Below, in pieces: positions 1-10,787 of a stretch of 64,000 bases of DNA. Within the stretch, counting starts at the first letter, position 1. Every line of letters starts with the position of its first letter. The stretch covers positions 21,516,001-21,580,000 of the forward strand of contig CM075989.1 of assembly GCA_038087875.1 (NCBI GenBank), written 5' to 3'. The DNA comes from Malacoraja senta. Its lineage: Eukaryota. The notes beneath the pieces are model-generated. The model did no database searches. It had not been told where the DNA came from and saw nothing but the letters and a program-made list of their open reading frames with translations. The translations under genes were made by a program, and so were the position numbers.

Positions 1-220
1 ACCAAATCGCTATACCATATGTGTAACATAGATAGGCTGTTTGCTTTAGACTCTGTCCAATGTCCATCTCACTTCAATCAGTGATGAAGTGGAAAGAGTA
101 CCAGTGATGAAGTGAAAAGAGTACCATTGCCAAATCTCCTAGTAAATGTACATACTGTTACATCATTTCCATGGGTGATCACAATGCAGGCATGTTCTTA
201 GGTTTCAGACGTATCAGAGT

Positions 221-299
221 TCAAACCAAACCAAACCACACCAACCTAAAATAATCTCAACTCAACTCAACTCAACTCAAATGAAATACCCCAACTAAA
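221..299. repeat. (CAAAC)n/(CTCAA)n pentanucleotide microsatellite
   Basis: caaaccaaaccaaacc... followed by ctcaactcaactcaactcaa. Confidence 0.8.
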
Positions 300-804
300 A
301 TGTGTTTTGCTTTAAAGGTACACCACTGAAAATTTTAACTCTCTTTGCTCTTAAAACGAGCTGTACATTGTTACATTGATCTTCATCTAGATGTGTTTGT
401 TACCAATTAAAACCTGCATCTTAAAATCTTTATTCAGCTGTTTATCATTTTGCCAACTTTGATCATGCACATTGTGTTATTTTCTGCGTAAACCACTTCA
501 CAGGCCCGTCAGCTCCCACAGAATGAGGTTTAACACAAGCATCCAGCTTAATCTTCAGTCTGGTATTCAACATGCAAGCTGCTGCATTATGACCCTTTAT
601 TTGTCATTTATATCACTGGGCTGCTTGGAATTGACTTTGGTGTTTTGGATGAGTGCTTTGTATCTCTCACAGGTAAGTAATGCAGGAATACTCTTTCTTT
701 TTTCAATGTTGAACCATATTATCCTGCAATTGAGCTCAGTGGCTATGCTCAGCAGCGACCATCTCGGGATGAAGATGATTTTTCATTTAATGCTGTCATC
801 GTGG

Positions 805-1168
805 AATAGTGAAAGGCATGGATAGAGTGGATGTGGAGAGGATGTTATCACTGGTGGGAGAATCCAGGAGCAGAGGTCATAGCCTCAGAATTAAAGGGTG
901 TTCCATTAGGAAGGAGATGAGGGGGGGTTTCTTTAGTCAGAAGGTGGTGAATCTTTGGATTTCATTGCCGCAGGAGGTTGTGGAGGACAAATCAATGGAT
1001 ATTTTTAAGGCGGAGATTGATAGATTCTTGATTAATACTGGTGTCAGGGGTCATGGGGAGCAGGCAGGAGAATGGGGTTGAGACGGAAAGATAGATCAGC
1101 CATGATTGAATGGTGGAGCGGACTTGATGGGCCGAATGGCCTAATTCTGTTCCTATCACTTATGAACT
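805..1168 (+). mobile_element. CR1/HER1-like LINE 3' fragment (RT C-terminus + 3' UTR)
   Basis: ORF 809-1081 reads GMDRVDVERM..GESRSRGHSLRIKG..FFSQKVVNLW, the typical CR1 ORF2 end; 3' UTR tail gatgggccgaatggcctaattctgttcctat. Confidence 0.9.
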
Positions 1169-1431
1169 AATCTCCATTGGCTTTGTAAGACACAGACTTT
1201 CTGAAAAGTAAACTCACTCACTCACTCTGAATTATTTGGAATACACTTTTGCACTAGTCAATGCACGGACTTCCCTCAGGAAGCTTTCCAATGTTACAGT
1301 GTAGCAAGTGCTCTTAAATGCCATGGTATAATCACCAATGAACAGGACAGGCTTTTTTGATGGTGTACCCTGGCCTTTGACTTTTGTTATCCCTAAAGGT
1401 ACAAGGATTACCTTGCACCTTCGATTTCATA

Positions 1432-1660
1432 AGTTGATAAATTCATAGGTTATCGGAGCAGAATTGAGCCCTTCAGCCCATCAAGGCTACTCTGCCATTC
1501 ATTCAATCATGGCTGATATATTTATCTTTCCCTCTCAACCCCATTCTCCTGCCCCCTCCCCATAACCCCTGACACCCATACTGATCAAGAATCTGTCAAT
1601 CTCCTCAGCCTTCTATGGCAATGAATTCCTCACCACCCTCTGACTAAAGACATTTCTTAC
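1432..1660 (-). mobile_element. CR1-like LINE 3' end, degraded
   Basis: reverse complement of the tail at 1050-1165 (ttcaatcatggctgat..ccccattctcctgcc). Confidence 0.8.
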
Positions 1661-1714
1661 ACTTCTGGAGAGTATGTAATTATTGAGGTAGGTCCAATGA
1701 CCATGGACCGATAA

Positions 1715-1992
1715 GTGGTGGATCTGTGGAATTGGGTATACCCAAGTCATTGGCTGTTTATAAAGCGGAGATTGATAGGGTCTTCATTAGTGCGGGTGTC
1801 AGGGGTTATGGGGAGAAGGTGGGAGAATGGGGTTGAGAGGGAAAGAAATATCATCCATGATTGAATGGCGGAGTAGTCTCGATGGGCTGAAAGGCCTAAT
1901 GCGGCTCGTATGATTTATGGACCTCTGAATTTATCGACCATATTTAAAAGACATTTGGACAGGTACATGGATAGGAAAGATTTAGAAGGATA
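1715..1992 (+). mobile_element. CR1-like LINE 3' fragments; the last one is split by the Helitron and resumes at 3288-3380
   Basis: gtggtggatctgtggaatt..ggagattgatagg..; ggacaggtacatggatagg..ggata | tggcccaaatgc. Confidence 0.75.
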
Positions 1993-2290
1993 CTAGACTA
2001 AGTGGACCCGTTGGGTCCCAGCATCACACGGGAGGGCTGGTCCCCCAACGCAATATTCCACCTCTCCACCAATTCCAATATTGGTAGCCAGTGGGGGGGA
2101 GGGGGGTTGGCCTTCTGGAGTGCTAGTATGGGTGTTGTTGCCTGAAGGGACTGGTTTCCAGAGGGCTAGTATGGACATTGTGGGCCGAATGGATTCTTGT
2201 GCTGGCGGCTCAGTCACTCAAGCCTGTTGTGCTGGCAGCTCACTCACGGCTGGTGGGCTGGCAGTTGACTCACGGCTATTCCTTGAAATT

Positions 2291-2410
2291 CCATTTCAAG
2301 CAAGGTGCAAGGCCACCAAATTCAAGTACAGTTTCTTACCACTTCAAGCAGGGTGCAATGCCACCAAATTCAAGTGCAGTTTCATACCATTTCAAGCAGG
2401 GTGCAAGCCC
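2291..2410. repeat. 48-bp tandem repeat (~2.5 copies) inside the Helitron
   Basis: unit ccatttcaagca(a/g)ggtgcaa(g/t)gccaccaaattcaagt(a/g)cagtttc(t/a)ta. Confidence 0.85.
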
Positions 2411-2740
2411 ACTAGAGTCATCGAGTCGTGACCTCTCCCTCCTCCATCTTGCAAAGACTGAGCCACGCCCACTCTTCTGGGTTTTATAGTCCCTCCCCCT
2501 CCCACCAGAAGGGGCGTGGCCTTCATGGCATGATTGACAGGAGAGAGAATCTCAACATTTTTTAAAAACTAATAACTCTTCTACTTTTCATCAATGGGAA
2601 AAATCATCGGCACCCGATGAGCGGAGGGGGACTCTAAGTAAGATGGCTAAAAATCAAAGCCGTACGTGGTAGCGTTTTTTCTAAAATCAATATAAAGCGC
2701 AAACAGGAAGTGGTCAAGAATAGACTTTTAATTATATAGA

Positions 2741-2840
2741 AGGCAAGCAACTTTAATTAGGCAAGGCAACTTTAATTAGGCAAGGCAACTTTAATTAGGC
2801 AAGGCGACTTTAATTAGGCAAGGCAACTTTAATTAGGCAA
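2741..2840. repeat. 19-bp minisatellite (~5 copies) inside the Helitron
   Basis: ggcaaggcaactttaatta repeated. Confidence 0.9.
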
Positions 2841-3602
2841 CACAGCTTTAGCATTTCCAAACCAAAGGCAACACAGCTTTAGCATTTCCAAACTATATTT
2901 TCAAACCACATTAAGGGCACTGACAGGTCAGTAAAACCACTCACAGTTTAGTAGACATGTGTTCAGTGTTATTCACAGCTCAGACTGAGAGACGTGACCC
3001 TCTCACTTCCCCCCATCTTGCAGAGACCGACTGAGGCACTCAGCACTTCCGGGTTTTATAGTCCCTCTGGAAGGGGCGTGGCCTTCAGGAGAGAGAATCT
3101 CAACATTTTTTAAACACTAATAACTCTTTTATTTTTCATCGATGGGAAAAATCCTCTTGTCCTGCGCAGCGGAGGGGGACTCTGAGTAAGATGGCCAAAC
3201 ATCACAGCCGTAAGTGGCAGAGTTTTTTCTAAAATCAATATACAGAACAACAGGAAGTGGTCAAGATCAGACTTTTAGTAATATAGATGGCCCAAATGCA
3301 AGCAAATGAAATGATCTTAGATAGTGTAAATTGGACAGCATACATGAGTTGGGCCAACGTGCTGTATGTCTCTATGACCCTATGTTTGTTTTTGCAGGTA
3401 TAAGTAATTAGTCAGAGTGTTATATATCTCACGCCCAATTTCAACCGAGAGGATCACTTTCTTCCTCGCTTGAATTGCAATATTCATTATGTTTCTGCAC
3501 TCTCTGGACTTTACCATCTAATTTGTAGTATTATTGGCCCGAAAAACATCTCCATGCATTCAGCATCTTGAGCAAAGTATCCTCATTTCATGTTGTAACC
3601 TC

Positions 3603-3895
3603 AGGCGGCAGAGCAGTGCAGCGGGTAGAGCTGCTGCCTCACGGTGTCAGAACCTGACCTCGGGTGCTGCCAGTGTGTGGAGTTTGCCCGTTCTCCCTGT
3701 AACCGGGTGGGTTTCCTCCGGGTGCTCCGGTTTCCTTCCACACTCAAAGATGTGCGGGTTTGTAGGTTAATTTGCCACTGTAAGTTGCCCCTATTTTGTA
3801 GGGAGTGGATGAGAAAGTGGGATAACATAGAACTAGTGTGAACGGGTGATCAATGGTCGGAGTGGACTTGCTGGGCCTGTTTCCATGCTGTACCG
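3603..3895 (+). mobile_element. tRNA-derived V-SINE (HE1-like), variant body
   Basis: tRNA-like head, V-domain gggtttcctccgggtgctccggtttcc, tail gggcctgtttccatgctgta. Confidence 0.85.
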
Positions 3896-3957
3896 CTCGA
3901 ATGAAAATTTGATGGCTTCAAATTTAAGATGACTTCCAATTTTGTTTTAACCAAAAC

Positions 3958-4137
3958 CCAACCTACAAACCTGCACATCTTAGGAGGGTGGGAAGAAATC
4001 GGAGCACCTGGAGAAAACCTACGCAGGTCACGGGGAGAACGTACAAACTCCGTACAGACAGCACCCGTAGTCAGGATCAAACCCAGGTCTCTGGTGCAGT
4101 AAGGCAGCAGCTCTACCACTGTGCCACCGTGCCACCC
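3958..4137 (-). mobile_element. V-SINE 5' half
   Basis: reverse complement of SINE head and V-domain. Confidence 0.85.
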
Positions 4138-4152
4138 TTCAACAAACAATGA

Positions 4153-4350
4153 TGGGTGCTCCGGTTTCCTCCCACACCCCAAAGACATACAGGTTTGTAG
4201 GTTAATTTAGCTTCGGTAAAAATTGTAAATTGTCCCTAGTGTGTAGGATAGCGTTAGTGTACAGGATAATCATTGGTCAGTGTGGACTCTTGTGGGCTGA
4301 AGGGCCTGTTTCCACGCTCTATCTCTAGCCTAAAGTCTCAAGTCTCGTCT
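4153..4350 (+). mobile_element. V-SINE 3' half
   Basis: gggtgctccggtttcctcccacac..gggcctgtttccacgct. Confidence 0.85.
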
Positions 4351-5174
4351 AAGTCTGTGTGGTATGGCTGTAATGACAAGAGATTTACTGAGTGCACTTT
4401 GAGACATGCTTTCAAAAACAAAAATCTATAGTTATTGTTATCTAGTTAATGCTCCCTATTGTAAATGCATTTATGTCGTGGTGCTGTTATTAATTGGAGC
4501 AAGAAAAGGAACTTGCATTACAAGCTGTCCAAATAGTTGTAATAGAATTGCTGACATCGACGTTTGGATTTAATCGTCCTCTCCATATAAAGTAAACTTT
4601 CCAAAGTGAGTCTTAAAAACTGTATCTGGTTCTGTCACAAAGAAATAGATGGCTCTACGAGGGCAGATGTGAAGAGTGCAGTATTCAGTCTTCAGTTCAA
4701 CAAGAGATTGTACTGTCCACAGGGGACACAGCCACACTAAAGTCAGTGTTATGTGCTGAGGTTAACATCTTTTTTCTCTTGGAGGACCCTGTTTATTTAC
4801 CGTGATAAAGTGTTATTAAATTGGATTTTGAAACTTCAGCTGAGGTTGAAAAGAGAGTGGCTATATTTTCTAAAAAAAATCTAGTGCTCTGCAAATGGTA
4901 CTTCTTGGAAGTCATTCCGTAAAAGTTATGGGTATGAAAGATGACAGTGAACTGAACAGATATATATTTAAATTCATTTTTTACAACGTGTGACAGAATT
5001 GAACAAAAAGTAATTCTCTTCACACTTTAATTGTCCACTGGTACTGAAGAGACCCATGTGCCTCAGCGCTCTTCACAATTTATCTCTTTGTCTTGTATCT
5101 CAGAGGAACTATGATTGAAACTGAACTTCTCCACGCACTCCATGTGTCTCTATTCATCCACACTTGTAGGTTGA

Positions 5175-5490
5175 AGGGCGGCCCGGTGGCGCAGCGGTGG
5201 AGTTGCTGCCTTACAGCACCAGAGACCCAGGTACGATCCTGACCACAGGTGCTGGCGGTACTGAGATTGTACGTGACCACGTGCGTTTTCTCCAGGCGCT
5301 CTGGTTTCCTCCCACGCTCCAAAGACCTACAGGCTTGTAGGTTAATTGGCTTCAGTTAAATTGTAAATTGTCCCTGGATTGTACACTACACTATCTAGTG
5401 GTATACTATCTAGCTAGTGGTCGGTGCGGACACGGTGGGCCGAAGGTCAAGTTTCCATATTGTATCTCGAAAGTCTAAAGTCTAAAGTTA
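5175..5490 (+). mobile_element. V-SINE (HE1-like)
   Basis: A box ggtggcgcagcgg, degenerate B box ggtacgatcc, tail (ctaaagt)n. Confidence 0.9.
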
Positions 5491-5786
5491 CAATATAATT
5501 GGTATTCTCCAATTTTAGGTAACTAAGCTACAAAGAAATTCACCCACCTTTTCCGACTGGACTTGATGGGCCGAAGGGCCTGTTTCCTCGCTGCATCTCT
5601 AAAGTCCAAAATACGCATGATAATTTCTCCCCCTGAGCAGTCTATAACTGACGAGCAGATTATCTGTTGAAATGGAAGCAGCACGCTTACCACCTTTTGT
5701 CGAACATTCTTTTCCAATAGTGTTTATAATTCTCACCGGAATCTCACCTTAAAAATGGAGGGCCTGCTTTCTTTTCATTGGGAATG

Positions 5787-6125
5787 GACACAAAAAGCTG
5801 GAGTAACTCAGCGGGTCAGGCAGCATCTCTGGAGAAAAGGAAATAGGTGACGTTTCTGGTCGAGACCCTTCTTCAGACTGAGAGTCAGGGGAGAGGGAGA
5901 CGAGAGATATAGACGGTGACGTGGAGAGATATGGAACGAATGAATGAAAGATATGCAAAAAAGTGACGATGATCAAGGAAAGGTGGAGCCCACAATGGTC
6001 CATTGCTGGCTGTGGGGTAGGTGATAATGAGTTATGCAGACAGTGAAACTCAACAGAACAACAATGAAACTAGTGCGACGTATTGGGTGGGGGAGCTGGG
6101 AGGGGATGAATTTAGAGAAGTCAAT
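5787..6125 (-). mobile_element. Penelope-like element 3' end with hammerhead motif (5849-5876)
   Basis: minus strand: ..attgacttctctaaattca, pyrimidine-rich spacer, cagtCTGAAGAagggtctcgaccaGAAAcgtc, terminal gctgagttactccagc. Confidence 0.75.
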
Positions 6126-6179
6126 ACACTGTAAACATGCTCTGCCGTGACCGCCCTCGGTGTCTTTCATCCCACACTC

Positions 6180-6495
6180 CAATGACGAACGGGTTTGTAG
6201 GTGAATTGGCCTTGGTAAAAATTGTAAATTGTTCCTAGTGTGTAGGATAATGTTAGTGTAGCACACTTACACCATCCTACACACACTAGGGACAATTTAC
6301 CATTATTCCAAGCCAATTAACCTACAAGCCTGTACGGCTTTGGAGTGTGGGATGAAACCAGAGGTCCCAGAGAAAACCCACGCAGGTCACGGGGAGAATG
6401 AACAAACTCAGTACAGACAGCACCCGTGGTCAGGATCGAACCCGGGTCACTGGCGCTGTGAGGCAGCAACTCTACCGCTGCGCCGCCGTGCCTCC
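6180..6495. mobile_element. Two V-SINE pieces in opposite orientation (+ 6180-6260, - 6270-6495)
   Basis: SINE body motifs on both strands. Confidence 0.8.
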
Positions 6496-6970
6496 CTGGT
6501 GTTTTTATCTTTAATATTACTGAGTACAAAAAAGCGGTAAATGATCCTTTAACACAGGGGAGATGGTCCTGTCCCTCAGAATATAACAATATCAAATGAG
6601 AAGTACGTTGTTGCTTCTCTATAAATCAGACAGCCATATCATCATACAACTTGTCTCACTGCCAATAGTGGAGGGCACCCTGGGCCAAGGCAATGAAAAC
6701 AGATACACAAAGTATTACAGTGAAATGTGGCAGATTGACCTTACTTTGATATGCTTGATTGTCCGATGCCATGGCCATGAATGACTCATTCCCTATTTTA
6801 TATGCTTGGGGGGTTTTCTGGCTTGCTTTTACTTCCACTGGATATTCGGTATGTAAAATGCAATAGCCAGCTACAGCCATGGTTCCACATCAGCTTTCCG
6901 CTAAATACAGCTGTGTGTTGATGGGCAGTGCCTGTCAGCATTAACATTGTTCACACACCCAGGACAGTGT

Positions 6971-7020
6971 AAACCAGTACAAACCAGTACATACCAGGAC
7001 AAACTGGGACAAACCAGTAC
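6971..7020. repeat. 10-bp tandem repeat x5
   Basis: aaaccagtac aaaccagtac ataccaggac aaactgggac aaaccagtac. Confidence 0.85.
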
Positions 7021-7024
7021 AAAG

Positions 7025-7429
7025 CAAAGATCCTATAGCGCAGCAAGATAGACCACTCCTGCTAAATGCAATGGGCTGACGTGTAGTACGCAACGGAACG
7101 GAACGTGGGCCTTTTTTTCATCCATTTCAGTAACCCGACCCGACCCGACTCGCAGTGTAATCAACGTTGCGGGGGAACGGTTTGTGTTAATAAATTAAAA
7201 TTCTGAAAATGAGGAGAAGATTTTTACCAAATAACTTTTAATTTTACGAGGATGTTTCCGTAACCGGCTTCCGTCTCCGCACTAGTTATCTTTGCTCCGC
7301 TATGGGACCTTTGGTGCGGAGACGGAAGCCGGTTACGGAAACGGGGCCTAAAATCACCCATGAATCTGCCCATGACCGTACTACGTCTTTTTCGTCGAGT
7401 GGGCTATCTTGCTCGCTGTAGGATCTTTG
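7025..7429. mobile_element. MITE with ~34 bp imperfect TIRs and 8-bp TSD (hAT or P superfamily)
   Basis: TIR CAAAGATCCTATAGCGCAGCAAGATAGACCACTC / GAGTGGGCTATCTTGCTCGCTGTAGGATCTTTG; TSD GTACAAAG at 7017-7024 and 7430-7437. Confidence 0.9.
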
Positions 7430-7439
7430 GTACAAAGGT

Positions 7440-7642
7440 GGAACGGTGGCACAGAGGGAGAGTCGGTGCCTTTTACAACGTCAGAGACCCGGGTTCTTCA
7501 GTGGAAAAATGTAAATTGTGCCAGGTGTGTGCGGGACCATGCTAGTGTGCGGGGATCGCTGGTCGGCGCGGACTCGGTGGGCCAGGGGAGGGGACCTATT
7601 TCTGTGCTGTATCACTAAACTAAACTAAACTAAAACTAAACT
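7440..7642 (+). mobile_element. V-SINE, internally deleted
   Basis: head cagagacccgggtt joined to body tgtaaattgt..; tail (ctaaa)n. Confidence 0.75.
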
Positions 7643-8093
7643 CAAGGTACTTGAGAATACAGCAGAGCTCTTGACAATTGTGGCACTTAAAGAGATCGTG
7701 TGTGACAGGTTGCAGGCATAAATAATTATCTATTTATCTACATCAATCACTGACAATTAGATTATCCGTTTGGCAACAAAGAGCTACCTCCCACTTCAAA
7801 CATTACTTTTACAATTATGCCAGGTAGAATGTCTCAGAAAATACAACCTTTGGGGTACTTAGTTGCTTTTATACAATTGTTCTGTACAAACCCACAAAGT
7901 AACAAGGATTGCCAATGTATCCAGATGTGCAGTGGAGTAAGATGAATATATTTTATATTCATTTTCACAAGCATGCTTTCTTAGAACATACAGAATTAAA
8001 AGTGATTTGTTGCAAATTATCTTGTTCCCAATTCCATTAATATTACAGCTTAAAAGGCACTGTTTGTGACAGTGTTTCTGCCACTCTACCTGT

Positions 8094-8390
8094 CGGCACG
8101 GTGGCGCAGCTGGTAGAGCTGCTGCCTCACAGCGCCAGAGACCCGGGTTCAATCCTGACCTCGGATGCTCTCCATGTGGAGATTGCACGTTCTCCCTGTG
8201 ACCCCCCCCCCCGTGGGTTTCTTCCGGGAAGTTCCGGTTTCCTCCCACATCCCAAATATCTGCAGGTTTGCAGGTTAATTGGGCTCTGTAAATTGCCTCT
8301 AGAGTTCAGGAGGTGGATGAGTAAGTGGGATAACATGGAACTAGTGTCAATGGTTGGTATGGAGTCGATGGACACAAGGACCTGTATCTC
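8094..8390 (+). mobile_element. V-SINE, variant body
   Basis: A box ggtggcgcagctgg, B box ggttcaatcc, V-domain. Confidence 0.85.
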
Positions 8391-8516
8391 TACAATCTCA
8401 CACATTTCAATGACATTTATCTGTCCAAGATCTTAGTAAGCACTGCAAATTAGTGTTTATAATATGGGTTAATACCTGTGTAGACAATTGAGAAAAATCG
8501 AATGCTGATATCAGGG

Positions 8517-8665
8517 GCCGGTGACGTTTTGGGTCGGGACCCTTCATCAGAAGGGGAGTCTCGACACGAAACGTCACCTATCCATTTTCTCCAGAGATGC
8601 TGCCTGACCCGCTGAGTTACTCCAACATTTTCTATCTAACTTTAGTATAAACCACCATCTGCAAT
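8517..8665. mobile_element. Penelope-derived fold-back element
   Basis: ggtgacgttttgggtcgggacccttcatcag / gagtctcgacacgaaacgtcacc; minus copy has a canonical CUGAUGA. Confidence 0.75.
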
Positions 8666-8785
8666 TTATGTTCATTACATATGGATGATCAAAGTGTTAG
8701 TATAATCAATATTTTGACAAATGGCTCTTCACCTAACCTTACATTTTGTTTTGTAATTATATATATATATACATTTATTTTATCA

Positions 8786-8817
<32 letters not shown>

Positions 8818-8851
8818 TATATAAAATCATTATATATATATATGTGTTATG

Positions 8852-8893
8852 TTTGCCCTATAAATATATATAAACTTAAAAGATATATTTAAG

Positions 8894-8944
<51 letters not shown>

Positions 8945-8986
8945 CTTAAATATATCTTTTAAGTTTATATATATTTATAGGGCAAA
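8852..8986. repeat. AT-rich palindrome with (TA)n centre
   Basis: tttgccctataaatatatataaacttaaaagatatatttaagttata ... tataacttaaatatatcttttaagtttatatatatttatagggcaaa. Confidence 0.9.
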
Positions 8987-9654
8987 AATAATGAATAATG
9001 AATAATAAATAAAATACTTAACATAACACAAAATGATTTACCAAAAAACTTTGGTATAAACCAGCATTTGCAGTTCATTTATATGACATTAAAGCAGATA
9101 TGTGTTTGCTGTTAATATCATGGATGGTCATTTCTGGACGTGGCTAATGTGTGTGGATTACACTCAGTGTCTGATGTGCTGGTCCGGGACCACGTGGAGT
9201 TTCTTCGCGTTCAGTCCCACCTCATCCTGTCGCCCTTCCTGAGACCTGACCTTTCCGAGTTTTAGCCCCTATCAAAGTGGTCCCCACATCAGTCCCCGCG
9301 CGCTCTGGATCTCTCAGGATGCATTTTCACTGGGCACTATGTTATGCTGACAGAGACCAGAAGAACTTAGCGGCTTTTCAAATGTCAACTCAGATTGGCT
9401 GGGGATAATTTAAAAGAGCACAGCAGCACTTCAAAAGAAGGAAAGGGCCAATATTCAAAAGTTCTGTTAAATTGTAATTGACTTTTAAGTAGATTTTAGA
9501 TTTCGTAAACACCATCAGGACTTCAAAAAAAAAAGTGCACAAATAGATACAGAAAATAGCACTTTTTATATCAAATCTGAAGCTAACCATAAACACCACA
9601 TTTAAAATTCTCATCCTTGTACTTCACAGTGCCTCTTATCTGGAGAAATCCTTA

Positions 9655-9912
9655 CATAGACACAAAATACTGGAGTAACTCAGCGGGTCAGGCAGCATCT
9701 CTGGATAAAAGTAATCAGCGACGTTTCGGGTTAGAACATTTCATCAGACTGCTGAAGAAATCTCTGGTCTCCAGAGATGCTGCCCGAATTATTTTTCTCC
9801 AGAGATGTTGCCTGATCATTTTTCTCCGGAGATACCGCCTAACCCGCTGAAATCCTTTCCCTCCAGAGATGCTGCCTGATCTGCAGAGTTGCTCCAGCAC
9901 TTTGTGTCTATC
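9655..9912. mobile_element. Penelope-derived fold-back element with internal tandem expansion
   Basis: two opposed arms; ctccagagatgctgcc unit repeated about 4 times at 9765-9880. Confidence 0.75.
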
Positions 9913-9939
9913 TAAGCCATACAATTATCTGAGATCTTT

Positions 9940-10228
9940 GGGATGGCACAGTGACGCGGCGGTAGACTTGTTGGCTTACAGCGCTTGCAGTGCCAGAGAC
10001 CCGGGTTCGATCCCCACTATGGGTGCTGTCTGTACGGAGTTTGTACGCTCTCCCCATGACCGCGTGGGTTTACTCCGAGATCTTCTGTTTCCTCCCACAC
10101 TCCAAAGACGTACAGGTTTGTAGGTTAATTGGCTTTTTATAAGTGTAAATTGTCCCTGGTGGTCAGGGATCGCTGGTCAGCACGGACTCGGCAGGCCGTA
10201 TCTCTAGGCCTGTATCTCTAAAACTAAA
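9940..10228 (+). mobile_element. V-SINE
   Basis: B box ggttcgatcc, V-domain, tail tgtatctctaaaactaaa. Confidence 0.9.
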
Positions 10229-10371
10229 TCTCTGCTCCTCCGAACACTGTTCTCTTCTCTAGCTCCATCACGCTGTTAGTTATTTAGAATTCCTTCCCTA
10301 GTCATTTATTCAACTTCAGTTCCTTCCCCCGATAAATGGTCTTCTTAATATCCAGCTCAAGTGTTTGGTAA

Positions 10372-10761
10372 AGGGCCTCTCCCACTTAGGAGACCTAAAC
10401 AGCAACCTCTAGTGACCTTGCCCGCCACCCAAGGTTTCCATGAGATCATTGGAGGTTTTGGTCACTCTTCCTAATGGTCGAAAGTGGTTTCCGTGTGGTC
10501 GAGGCTTCATCTAGGTTGCTGCTATTTTTTCATCAGGATTAAAACCGGCCTCGACTAAAAATAGGTTGCCGTTTTAAAAATCAATCATTTTTTAGTCACA
10601 GGTCTAGTCGAAGCCAGTTTTCTTCATAATCGAGGAAGGTTTTCAACATATGGGTGGGAGGTGGTAGGAGGTTGCAGGTCACCTCGACCTTGATTTTTTT
10701 TTGGGTGGCGGGCAAGGTCACCAGAGGTTGCTGTTTAGGTCTCCTAAGTGGGACAGGCCCT
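10372..10761. mobile_element. PIF/Harbinger-type MITE
   Basis: long TIRs AGGGCCTCTCCCACTTAGGAGACCTAAACAGCAACCTCT.. / ..AGAGGTTGCTGTTTAGGTCTCCTAAGTGGGACAGGCCCT; TSD TAA at 10369-10371 and 10762-10764. Confidence 0.88.
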
Positions 10762-10787
10762 TAACCTGCCTTAATACCTCCTTACAC

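Larger units (their letters stand above)
1993..3287 (-). mobile_element. Non-autonomous Helitron, composite with two 5' modules
   Basis: minus strand starts TC (3287) and ends CTAG (1993); hairpin GGACCC-3nt-GGGTCC (2004-2018) lies 7 nt before CTAG; inserted between A1992 and T3288 with no TSD, restoring the CR1 host sequence. Confidence 0.85.

Noticed and set aside
6317..6595. Recurring ORFs such as GAAVELLP..DPGSILTTGAVCTEFV and DTKCWSNSAGQAASLE
   Set aside because: These are chance translations of SINE and Penelope-end sequence; the recurrence reflects repeat copy number
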